Below, in pieces: positions 1 to 8,959 of a DNA stretch of 64,000 bases (its first letter is position 1; each line of letters begins with the position of its first letter). A program made the position numbers and the translations under genes. The stretch comes from Chloropicon primus. Lineage: Eukaryota. Location: assembly GCA_023205875.1 (NCBI GenBank), contig CP060758.1, forward strand, positions 62,001 through 126,000. Direction: 5' to 3'. Below the pieces are notes generated by a model that worked only from the letters and a program-made list of their open reading frames with translations, ran no database searches and was not told the DNA's origin.

Positions 1-847
1 GCAGGACGAACTCGGCCTCGACGGCGTCGATCTGCTTCCACTTGCTCCTCGAGTTCCCCGACAGCATCTCGGAGGAGAACACCAGCTTCTCGGCCGAGTG
101 GTCGCTGACGTACACCGCGGGGTACAGGTGCGGCGCCGTGTGGTGGAGCTTGAGGCTCGCCAGCCTGAGCCGCCGCCCCGCCCCCCCCACCTCCCCCGGG
201 GACTTGAGCAGGAGCTCGTAGTACCTGAGGTACCTCTGCTGGGACGCCAGGGTCAGGCCCTTGCCGTCGTGCGTCCTCCTGAGGTTGTAGTACGCCACGG
301 CCTCCTCCGCGGTGTCCGCGTAGCTCAAGTAGATCAGCAGGCAGCAGATCATCAGCCCCGTCCGGCTCTTCCCCGCCTTGCAGTGCACCACGACCACGTG
401 GCTCATGCTCTGCCTCAGCCACGACTTGGCGGACTCCACGAACGCCTGGATGAGCCGAAGGGGCGGGCAGTTGTGGTCGTCGAAGGGGAAGCTCGCCACC
501 TTCCCGTCGAAGAGCGCCGCGTCGTACGTCCGCTCAGAGCAAAGGTTGTAGATCTTGTACTTCCCCCCGGGGTGCTTCTCGTCCAAGAAAGACGTGACGT
601 GACCCATGTGGTTCCGGTACAAGCCCTCCACGTACCCGAGCACCCCGCTGCTCCGGTCCCCCGCCGGGAACCCCATCGCGATCACGTTCTCCGTGATGTA
701 AGACAAGTCCAAGTCGTACTCGCTGTCCTTGTACCGCCGCTTCTTCTGAGACACCAAAGACCGCGCGAAACGCGTCAGGGCGTTCCCCTTCGAGCGCCCG
801 GAACCACCTCGAGGGCGCGCCATCCGACTCCTCTCGCCATCCGCCAT
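1..847 (-). CDS. PTEN: PTEN-like lipid/protein phosphatase (runs off the window's left edge)
   Basis: Manual minus-strand translation from ATG 847 gives ...LVSQKKRRYKDSEYDLDLSYITENVIAMGFPA... and the catalytic loop VVVHCKAGKSRTG. Not in the ORF track because the stop lies outside the window. Confidence 0.9.
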   Translation of the reverse strand, partial: MADGERSRMARPRGGSGRSKGNALTRFARSLVSQKKRRYKDSEYDLDLSYITENVIAMGFPAGDRSSGVLGYVEGLYRNHMGHVTSFLDEKHPGGKYKIYNLCSERTYDAALFDGKVASFPFDDHNCPPLRLIQAFVESAKSWLRQSMSHVVVVHCKAGKSRTGLMICCLLIYLSYADTAEEAVAYYNLRRTHDGKGLTLASQQRYLRYYELLLKSPGEVGGAGRRLRLASLKLHHTAPHLYPAVYVSDHSAEKLVFSSEMLSGNSRSKWKQIDAVEAEFVL

Positions 848-1022
848 CTCTCCGACTTCTGGCGGCGGCGGGACGGCGGGACACCTCAACCTCGAGGTCG
901 AGACACCTCCGCCACAGCCTCGGCGTCGCTCTCGTCCTCCACAGTCCGCTGCTGCTCTCGCGCTCCACAGTCCGCTGGTGCTCTCGCGCTCCTCGGCGCT
1001 CCGGCTCCATCACACAGCGCTG

Positions 1023-1028
1023 TATAAA
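1023..1028 (+). promoter_or_regulatory. TATA box upstream of the permuted tRNA
   Basis: TATAAA about 25 nt before the leader (1051) that pairs with the tRNA trailer. Confidence 0.55.
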
Positions 1029-1066
1029 GACGAAAATGTGATATGATTCATGTGTACCTAATGGAC

Positions 1067-1246
1067 ATCTAAAGGTCGTGTGTTCGATCCACACTCATCG
1101 CAGTAAAGTCAGCATTTACTCCGCGCGAAACCTACTCACCGCGTGGCACTTGAGATGAACCAAACCCTAATCCAGACTTCCCTCTTACTCTGCCTCGTCG
1201 TACCGTTCGGCGATGATAGCTCAGTTGGGAGAGCGTTAGACTGAAG
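1067..1246 (+). tRNA. trnF-GAA: Circularly permuted tRNA-Phe(GAA): 3' half 1067-1102, 107-nt spacer, 5' half 1210-1246, junction at position 37/38
   Basis: 5' half GCGATGA-TA-GCTC-AGTTGGGA-GAGC-G-TTAGA-CT-GAA-G (37 nt) plus 3' half A-TCTAA-AGGTC-GTGTG-TTCGATC-CACAC-TCATCGC-A (36 nt) gives a cloverleaf with all four stems fully paired. Confidence 0.93.
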
Positions 1247-1703
1247 TTACGGTGCACACCCCAGGAGGAGGCGGCGAAACTACAGTCGCCTCTCCTCTTG
1301 CTCCGCGAGATAAGGGTTCGGTGAGAGACGTTAAATATACGAGCACAATAAGATCACAATAAGATCGTAACGGCGGAGGACGGCGAGGAGGACGAGAAGA
1401 CCGCGACCAGAGAGAGAGCGATGAGTTACCTCCTGGAATACTACAGCCGCGGGTTGCCGACGAAGAAGAGGAGACTGACGAATACTGGGACGTCATGTGA
1501 AGAAGGGGCTGGTGGCGCCACCCCGGCCGCGGTTCTCCAGGGGGATGGCGCCCAAGGATGGCGGGTGGCGCCCAAGGATTGTGGTGCCAATGTCTCTGTC
1601 TTCACCCACTTGCAGGGCAGCGGGCAGCCGTGCGGCAAGCCTGGACACCAACGCTTGCACAGTGGCCATGGCGACCTCCGCGGGACCTCATAGGGAGCGG
1701 GAG

Positions 1704-2585
1704 ATGGCCGCCATCGAGGAGAACGCGGATCCGACGACGCTTCTCAATGCGGATGGACTTCTTGCCTCTCTTCGCTTCGCAGACGAATTAGCTGGCGCGC
1801 CGCCCACCCTTGCACGCGAGGGTACACGGGCGGAGCGAACTCGCGAGCCTGAGGAGCTGACCCTGGTCCGCGTGGTCCGAGGCCGTGGCGGAGTCCACCT
1901 GGAGCGCGTTGCGGGCTTGAAAGAACTGACCCACTGCATCGTCTTCCTCCGCGAGTCCCTTGCGCGGGAGGGGCTTGGGAACAAGCTCGCTGGTCAGGCG
2001 GCCACGATCTCAAGCGCGTTGCTCGGCAAAGATCTTCCTAAACAGGTGAAAGCATTTCGTTTCGTGGAGCTTGGGACCGCCAGCCGCTCGCGATGCCTCA
2101 AGGACCGCAAAGTTCTTACGAAAGCTCTTGCCCTTGCGAAGGAGAAGGGCGAGCCTTGCGCGCTTCTTGTAGCTGCCTTGTCGCGATTGTCGAGACGGTC
2201 ACAAGCTGAAGAGGACCTCGACTACCTTGCTGAGCGCGCAGGGCAGGCCTCTATACTGGCGTGTATCCCGACGTCCCATGCAGCAGCTTTGATTGGGGAG
2301 GAAAAGAAAGAGGAGCTCAAAAAGTACATGAGCAAGGCTGCAAGCACCTCGGACGGGCACGCCGTGTACTCGGCGTCGCACTGCATGCTCAAGTCCGGCG
2401 CCACCCGTTGTTCTGTAGCATCGGGCCAACACACTTCTGAGGAACTTTGTCTCCTCGTCGAACACGTCGAGCACGTCCTGAGGCACAAGCTGGAGAATCT
2501 GGAGAAGCCGGGGGAGCAGAAGCACGGGAAACCCCTTCTCCTCGTATCTTCTTGGAAAGCGCTTTGTGGAGCAACGGGCGAGTGA
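1704..2585 (+). CDS. Serine recombinase/resolvase-like domain protein (ORF1 of putative mobile island)
   Basis: IVFLRES..EG....LAGQ (YxRxS..Q motif), FVELGTAS...DRKVL..AL and LLVAALSRLSR (V..LDRLSR motif) occur in resolvase order and spacing. Start at ATG 1704 is assumed. Confidence 0.65.
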   Translation: MAAIEENADPTTLLNADGLLASLRFADELAGAPPTLAREGTRAERTREPEELTLVRVVRGRGGVHLERVAGLKELTHCIVFLRESLAREGLGNKLAGQAATISSALLGKDLPKQVKAFRFVELGTASRSRCLKDRKVLTKALALAKEKGEPCALLVAALSRLSRRSQAEEDLDYLAERAGQASILACIPTSHAAALIGEEKKEELKKYMSKAASTSDGHAVYSASHCMLKSGATRCSVASGQHTSEELCLLVEHVEHVLRHKLENLEKPGEQKHGKPLLLVSSWKALCGATGE

Positions 2586-3858
2586 TCTCGTCCGCGCATG
2601 GAAGAACCAACCCACAGTTCGTGTGCTCGTCGCTGCTTGTTCCATCACGGAAGCGAACTACGACATCATTCTTCGCGAGGAGCACATGGAGTTCCTGGAG
2701 ACCTGCAGGCAATACTGCCACGTTCACTCCGTGAGGGACGAGTTGTTTGAAAACCGTGATGGACACGGCTTGGATGAAGACGCATTGAGCAGAGTCTTTG
2801 AGTACTTTGCGGATGCACTAAAGGGAGAACATGTCGATGTCGTGTTTGAGAATGAATGTTTCCCAGAAACCGCGATCTCTGTGACTCAAAAAGATTTCTT
2901 CAAATGCTCCTGCGCTGATAAATGCTCTCGCAAGTCGTCCAGGACAACAGGCACCGCGAACACCGCTCCAGCACATACTCGATGCCTTTGTGCTTGTGAC
3001 ATGTGCAAGAGGAGTCGTCCTTGCATTCTGGTGGACAGCGACGCCGAGGACGGCGGGGAGAGGGAGAGAGAGCTTCGGAAATTTGATGCCGCTGCATGTC
3101 CCTGTGAACGTTGCAGCAGCAGCCCCTTGAGCACTGGTACGACAAGGAAGACACAGGCCAAGACCAACACGAAAGGGAAGAGGAAGACCAAAGCAAGGGA
3201 GCCGATGAAGGAGTTTCCTCGACTTCCTACTACAGACGGTACTCAAACCCTGCGCTGCATCTGCTGTGATGCTTTTCGTCGCCCTGAGTGCCCCTTGGTC
3301 AAAACAGGAGCTCTGACACCGGTTCCGGGGGAGGAACGTGATCGAGGTGGGCACAATCCCACTTGCCTCCTCTCGAACTGGTGCTGGTACTGCCACCGCT
3401 TCATCTTCAAAAGTGAGTTTAACCACTGGTGCTCGTTCGACTGCTTCTCGAAAGCCACGAGGGTCGTGGACAAGGGGAAGCTTTGGGACAGGGGCATGGA
3501 AATTGGCATCGAACTGAAGAACACGATTGGTTTTTGGTTTTGTGATCCGTGTACAAAGAAATCGGAGTCCGAGAAAACCTTGATCCCAATCAAGAGTTCA
3601 TATGGCTTGAAGTGCTGGAGATGCAAATATGGACATGGCAAAATCGGCAAGGGGTGCGAGGAGAACGCAGGAGGAGGCGGCGTGAACATGCAGCGCGCAA
3701 ACATGCAGCGCGCAAAAATTGGTGAGAACAGAAAGGCCAAAGAGGTAGTGATCCGGCATCCAATGCTCGTCAAAATGATACTCATGATGCTTGAGAACAA
3801 TAGCGAGGTGAATACGGAGCAAGCGAAACCAGGGGAGGAGTCGGAGAAGGAGATCTAA
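2566..3858 (+). CDS. Cys-rich protein, probably the frameshifted continuation of the recombinase ORF
   Basis: 430-aa ORF with many CxC/CxxC clusters (CSCADKC, CLCACDMC, CPCERC, CICCD, CWYCH, CSFDC, CDPC, CWRC). It overlaps the ORF1 end in the +1 frame and begins with GTG rather than ATG. Confidence 0.55.
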   Translation: MEQRASDLVRAWKNQPTVRVLVAACSITEANYDIILREEHMEFLETCRQYCHVHSVRDELFENRDGHGLDEDALSRVFEYFADALKGEHVDVVFENECFPETAISVTQKDFFKCSCADKCSRKSSRTTGTANTAPAHTRCLCACDMCKRSRPCILVDSDAEDGGERERELRKFDAAACPCERCSSSPLSTGTTRKTQAKTNTKGKRKTKAREPMKEFPRLPTTDGTQTLRCICCDAFRRPECPLVKTGALTPVPGEERDRGGHNPTCLLSNWCWYCHRFIFKSEFNHWCSFDCFSKATRVVDKGKLWDRGMEIGIELKNTIGFWFCDPCTKKSESEKTLIPIKSSYGLKCWRCKYGHGKIGKGCEENAGGGGVNMQRANMQRAKIGENRKAKEVVIRHPMLVKMILMMLENNSEVNTEQAKPGEESEKEI

Positions 3859-4363
3859 AACTCAGTGGGCTCGAAGCCAGGGCCATTGGATATCTTTGCG
3901 GGAGGAATGGTTGGCGGAGCACGAACTTTTCGAGAAGGAAGATTATATCCCAAGCCGAAAAGCATTGAAGGCCAAGTACATGGCCGAGGTCAAGAAGAAG
4001 AAGCCGACGCCTGACACTACGTCACAGCTCGCGACCGGCAGCACCACCTCTGCCCTCCCTAACGCTGGTGTTGCTCGAGGGTCAGCAGGGCGGGAGCTGA
4101 CGTTCACCACCCAGCTACAGGGAGTGGGGCAGGGGCGTGGATCGGGGACACTGCGTGAGGTTCCTCTGCCTAAAACGGCTATCAAGGCCCTTGCAGCTAC
4201 GGCTTGGCCTCTACGAATCGCGGAGGTCAAGCTCATCAACAATTGCCTCGATGAGGAGTCGATGATTCTCGTCGCCGCGATGCTGTCTTCGGATGCAGGG
4301 GGAGGTGGGTCGCAGAAGGAGGCACCCGAGGGCCTTGGAACTCAGAATCGCCAGCGCGCACCC

Positions 4364-4436
4364 TCTCCCTCTCTCCTCCTCTCCTCTCCTCCTCTCCTCT
4401 CCTCTCTCCTCTCCTCTCCTCTCCTCTCCTCTCTTC
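4364..4436. repeat. (CTCCT)n pyrimidine microsatellite
   Basis: Visible CT/CTCCT run. Confidence 0.85.
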
Positions 4437-4859
4437 TTGTCCGTTGGTTCTTCCGTCTTAAAATCGATCCAAGACAGAACAGGAGACAAGAGACAAACAA
4501 ACACTAACACCAACACCAACACGAGCAACACCAACAACACAAGAGTCTCGTTCCTTACGATCGAGTTGTTCTTCGAGTCGCTCTCGGCGTTGCGTTGCCA
4601 AAGGTCCCGCCTTTGCACACCACACCATAGTGTTCTATTCGTCTATGTGTGTTTGTGATCCTCAACAACAACAACGAGCCAAAGGAGGATGAGGCTCAGC
4701 AGCGAGAACAAGAAGAACAAGACGACGACGACGAAGAAGAAGACGAGCAGCAGCAGCAGCACGAGCTGGTGAGGAAGGACGCGGGAACTGCATTTCTCAT
4801 TTCTCAGAAGAATCTGCTGCCTCGACCACCTCAAGCCACAGGTGGTCATCATCATCATC

Positions 4860-6683
4860 ATGGCCCTGACGTGCGCCACGACCGTCCTGCGGCCCCCATC
4901 CACCTGCTACGACGGCGACGACTGCGACGAGGAGCTCTCCCTCAGCAGCACGTTCTCCTCCTCCTCCCAGGAGTCCGTGTCCCAGTCCTTCAGCGAGGAG
5001 CCCCCGCTGCCGTCCAGGGACAGCAGCTGCTCCTCGCTGAGGTCCCTTTCCCTGTCAGTCTCGTCGTCGGAACCCAGCAGCAGCAACAACAGCAACAACA
5101 GCAGCACGCAGTACCTCGTGGAGCGCTCCAAGTTCGTGGGGACGCCCCCCACGGTGTTCTTCGGGACGGACGCCAACCCCCCCAGCGAGGAGGCCGCGGC
5201 ACTGCCTCAGGTCCTCCCCAAGGTGTTCCTCAAGTACACCGGGGTGAACTGCAACGTGGTCAAGCAAGCCTTCGCGAGGGCGGGGTTCAGGAACTGCCCC
5301 AAGGACAAGGACCACTTCAACGCGGTGTGGGCCTCGCCCATGAAGGTGAACCACTTCCAAAGCTTCAAGGCGTACCAGAAGGTGAACCACTTTCCGGGGA
5401 CGTGGGAGCTGGGGAGGAAGGACAGGCTGTACCGGAACATCTCCAAGATGAGGCGGCGGCACGGGGACAAGTACGACATCCTTCCCTTTGCGTTCGAGCT
5501 CCCCGGGGACTACGACGAGTTCCTCAAGGACTGGGAGAGGAGGCCCAACCAGTGGTACATCATCAAGCCCAGGTCGTCCTCCAGGGGCAGGGGGATCAAG
5601 CTGCTGAAGAAGCTGAGCGACGTGGAGAAGAAGAAGTCCGGCCCGAGGGAGTGCATCGTCCAGAGGTACATCAAGGACCCCCTGCTGATCGACGGGTACA
5701 AGTTCGACATGAGGGTGTACGTCCTGGTGACGTGCTTCGACCCCCTGAGGGTGTACGTCGCGAGGGAGGGCCTCGCGAGGTTCGCCACGGAGCCCTACTC
5801 GAGCGACTCGAGCAAGATGAAGTCCAGGAGGTGCCACCTGACGAACGTGAGCATCAACAGCAAGAGCAAGAAGTTCGTGGTGAACCAGGACGCGGCCAAG
5901 GACGGGGAGGGGAGCAAGTGGACGCTCTCCGCCCTGCGGAGGCACCTCGAGTCCAACGAGGAGTTCGGGGTGACCTCGTGGGAGGAGCAGATCTGGTCCC
6001 AGGTCAAGGACCTCGTCATCAAGGCGGTGATCTCCGTGGACGCCAAGGTCAACACCCTGGTCAAGATGCACGTGCCGGGGAACAACTGCTTCGAGCTGTA
6101 CGGCGCGGACGTAATGCTGGACTCCAAGCTCAAGGCCTGGCTCATCGAGTTCAACACCGGGCCCGCCCTGAACACCCCGACGCCCCTGGACAAGGCCGTC
6201 AAGTCCCGGGTGGTGACCGACATGTTCCACATCGTGGGCTTCGCCCCGGTGGACAAGAAGAAGCACGAGAGGGGCGTCCAGGCGTCCAGGCAGAACAGGC
6301 TGACCGGCATCGGGCTGCAGAAAATGAGCGCGACTCACAGGGACACGAACCAGGCGCAGACCATGGTCTTCGACGGGGTGAAGGAGAGCCACCTGCCCGA
6401 CGTGGTGAGGGAGACCGAGGCCGAGCACAGGAGGAGCGTCGACAGGGTCTTCGAGCGGGCCTTCCCCTGCTCGGCGAGACCCTCCGCGTACCACAGCCTC
6501 TTCGAGGTCCAGAGGTACAACAACATCGTGGTCAAGAGGTGGCTCATCTCCGAGAGGAGGAAGAGGATCCGGCTCGAGAGGGAGAGGGCGGAGCAGGAGG
6601 AGGAGGCGAAGAGGACAATGATGGAGTCGCCCAAGGTGGACGACGCCTTGCAAGCCACCGCCGCCGCCGTCGCGGCCACCTGA
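4860..6683 (+). CDS. TTLL4: Tubulin-tyrosine ligase-like polyglutamylase (TTLL4/5 type)
   Basis: Motifs QKVNHFPG, IIKP.SSSRGRGI, VQRYI..PLLIDGYKFDMRVYVLVT, GLARFAT, HLTN.SIN, CFELYGADVMLD, WLIEFN..P. Confidence 0.9.
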   Translation: MALTCATTVLRPPSTCYDGDDCDEELSLSSTFSSSSQESVSQSFSEEPPLPSRDSSCSSLRSLSLSVSSSEPSSSNNSNNSSTQYLVERSKFVGTPPTVFFGTDANPPSEEAAALPQVLPKVFLKYTGVNCNVVKQAFARAGFRNCPKDKDHFNAVWASPMKVNHFQSFKAYQKVNHFPGTWELGRKDRLYRNISKMRRRHGDKYDILPFAFELPGDYDEFLKDWERRPNQWYIIKPRSSSRGRGIKLLKKLSDVEKKKSGPRECIVQRYIKDPLLIDGYKFDMRVYVLVTCFDPLRVYVAREGLARFATEPYSSDSSKMKSRRCHLTNVSINSKSKKFVVNQDAAKDGEGSKWTLSALRRHLESNEEFGVTSWEEQIWSQVKDLVIKAVISVDAKVNTLVKMHVPGNNCFELYGADVMLDSKLKAWLIEFNTGPALNTPTPLDKAVKSRVVTDMFHIVGFAPVDKKKHERGVQASRQNRLTGIGLQKMSATHRDTNQAQTMVFDGVKESHLPDVVRETEAEHRRSVDRVFERAFPCSARPSAYHSLFEVQRYNNIVVKRWLISERRKRIRLERERAEQEEEAKRTMMESPKVDDALQATAAAVAAT

Positions 6684-6950
6684 AAAAAAAAATGAAAAAG
6701 AAAAAGGCACGTTCCTGTTGTCCAGCAAGCAAGCAAGCAAAGCAAGCAAAGCAAGCATCACCCACCCACCGGGTCCTTTTGCGTTCCATCCTTCTTCTTC
6801 TTATCATCCCATTGTTTTATTATAACTTGTACACTGGCCTTGAGTTTGAGTTCTCGACTGCAACGCCACGTTGGATTTCCAGCGGATAAGATAAGGAAAT
6901 CAGGAGGATGGCGGGAGGGCGAGGGCGAGGGGAACGAGGGTGACGCTGGG

Positions 6951-7570
6951 ATGACGGACGACGGAGGGGGAGGGTTCGCGACGGAAGCGGCGTCCGGTCG
7001 TGAGCCAGCGATGTGTGGTGGGCTTGGACCTGGACCGAGGAGGACCCACCAACACCATGATCGTCGTCATCGTCATCGTCGTCGTCGTCGTCGTCGTCAT
7101 GGTTGGAGGTCCGTCGTTGGCCTGATCCTCGTGGCGCAGGCGGCGCTCTGTGCGTTCGTGTCGCCCGCGGCGGCGAGGGGAATGGTGGCGGGGAAGAGCT
7201 CCGGAGGGTCTTGTCACAGGTACCACGTCCCCCAGAAGTCGCACAGGATCCCCATCGCGAGCATGAGGATAAAGCAGGGCTTCAACGTGGTGGACATGGC
7301 GTGCGTCGTGAGCGTGACCCACAGGAACGTGGAGAACCTGCGGATGACGCTGTCGTCGTACACGCCGAACAGCTTCGACGGCCTCGGCCAGGAGACGCGG
7401 ACCATTGTGCTGAAGGACTTCCAGGAGGAGGAGGAGTCGGCGGGCGCCGGGGGCGGCGTGAGCCACAACTTCACGGACGCCGTCTTCGCTGACTTTGGGG
7501 ACCAGCTTAAGATCGGCGAGCAGGAGGTGAGGTCTCGAGAGCACGCCCGTCTCGCGCCGAGGACATCGCC

Positions 7571-7606
<36 letters not shown>

Positions 7607-8267
7607 TTTCGTTTTCGTTTTCCTCTAGGCCCCGTACACGGGCGTCTGGATGCCGACCACGCCGTTCAAGAGCTTCATCAGGGGCTGGGGCAAGCGCACG
7701 TCGATCGGTGGCAGCAGGGGGATGTGGACTCTCGAGGTGGAGGCCGTCTCCTCGGCGGGGCGAGACCAGCTGGTGAGCATGTTCTCGGAAGAACTGCCGC
7801 ACCTCGAGAGCTGGACGGTCTACCTGTGCGCCGAGGGCGAGTCCCTGAGGAACACCCCGGAGGTTGACAAGATACTGAGGAGTCAGAGGGGGGGCGGCAT
7901 GGGGGGAGGAGGCGTGTACAGGGCCCGGTGGGGCAGCGAGGGGGGCGGGGGAGGGTCGAAAGCGCCGCTCGTGCGGGCGTTCTCCGGCGGGCCATCGCCG
8001 GGGCCCTCCCTTCCGCCCTCCGCGGGGTTGTGGGGCGCCCAAGGCCTGGGGGGGTTCTCCCTCGGAAGGGTGGCGAGGACCGCGCTGGGCTGGTCTCTGG
8101 GCGCCTGGATGTGGCGGGCGGCTTCCGAGGCCGCTCGCGCCGGCTCCTCCCCGCTCGCCGCGACGGCGGCGGGGAGTCATTTGGAGGTCCACAACCACGA
8201 TCCCGGTCACGCGAAAACGATCATCGAGCACTTTGATAAGGTCGCTCACAACGACGACGGCCCATGA
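6951..8267 (+). CDS. Secreted protein with proprotein-convertase P-domain-like module; intron 7527-7628
   Basis: Hydrophobic signal-like segment, VSVTH...NLRMTL, then after GT..CTAG splicing APYTGVWMPTTPFKSF...GMWTLEV...LESWTVYL. Start codon uncertain (6951 or 7011). Confidence 0.6.
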
Positions 8268-8959
8268 CTACTGCTTTTTTTTTGAGGGGGGTCGGGCAAA
8301 GTCGTTGTTGGGGACGGATGCTGCAAGACAAGCAAAAGAATCCATATTATCATTTCATTATACTATGTAACCTCCGCCTCACCGGATCACCGGATCACGC
8401 AATGCAGCGAGAGGGAGGAAGCAACGAGGGCGATTCGCCGGAGGCCGTTCCTCCCTCCTCCTACCAAAAAAAAAAAAAATTATTAATAATAGAAGAAGAA
8501 TCTCGGATGAAACCATCCTCCCCACTCTTCTCCCCTCCATCCATCATGCCCCCTCCCTAAAACCCAAATCAAATTATGGGAAGCCTTGCCTTCCTCCCTA
8601 GGGACCTACCCCAGATTGAAAACCTCCTCCTCCTCCTCCTCCCCCTCCTCCGTGAGTCCTCCTCCTCCTCCCCTCCTCCATGAGTCCTCTCCTCCGGCGT
8701 CCGGGGTCCCCCCCCCTTCCTCCTCCTCCTTTTCCAAATGTGGAGACGGAAACATGGCACGGTCTCCGCCCTCGTTCCTCGGCGGCGGCGCAAAGGCGGC
8801 TCCCCCCTAAGACCGATTTTCTACTCTCCCCCCTCCAAATTCTTCAGCCCCCCAAAAAACCAAAACGCGACGAGAAGCGAAGCGCACGACGCCGAGCAGA
8901 AGACGACCGCGCGACGACGAACACCAACACCACGCAGGACAACGCAACGGAGCGGAACC

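Larger units (their letters stand above)
1260..4360 (+). mobile_element. Putative serine-recombinase-encoding island next to the tRNA gene (boundaries approximate)
   Basis: Intronless ORFs with more A/T-ending codons than the flanking PTEN and TTLL genes, a recombinase motif and adjacency to a tRNA. No terminal repeats identified. Confidence 0.4.

Noticed and set aside
98..1027. Long + strand ORF, and similar antisense or alternate-frame ORFs such as 4649-6889, 5055-6761, 16448-18883, 21696-23243 and 46512-48380
   Set aside because: Shadow ORFs caused by high GC3 codon bias over recognisable genes.
1067..1246. tRNA halves as attL/attR debris or two pseudogene fragments
   Set aside because: The halves are non-overlapping, split exactly at 37/38, fully complementary and flanked by mutually pairing leader and trailer, which fits a permuted gene far better.
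2566..3858. Fanzor/TnpB nuclease partner of an IS607-like recombinase
   Set aside because: I could not find RuvC motifs (e.g. D-x-G, the catalytic E, or RDxNA after the zinc finger); only Cys clusters are visible.
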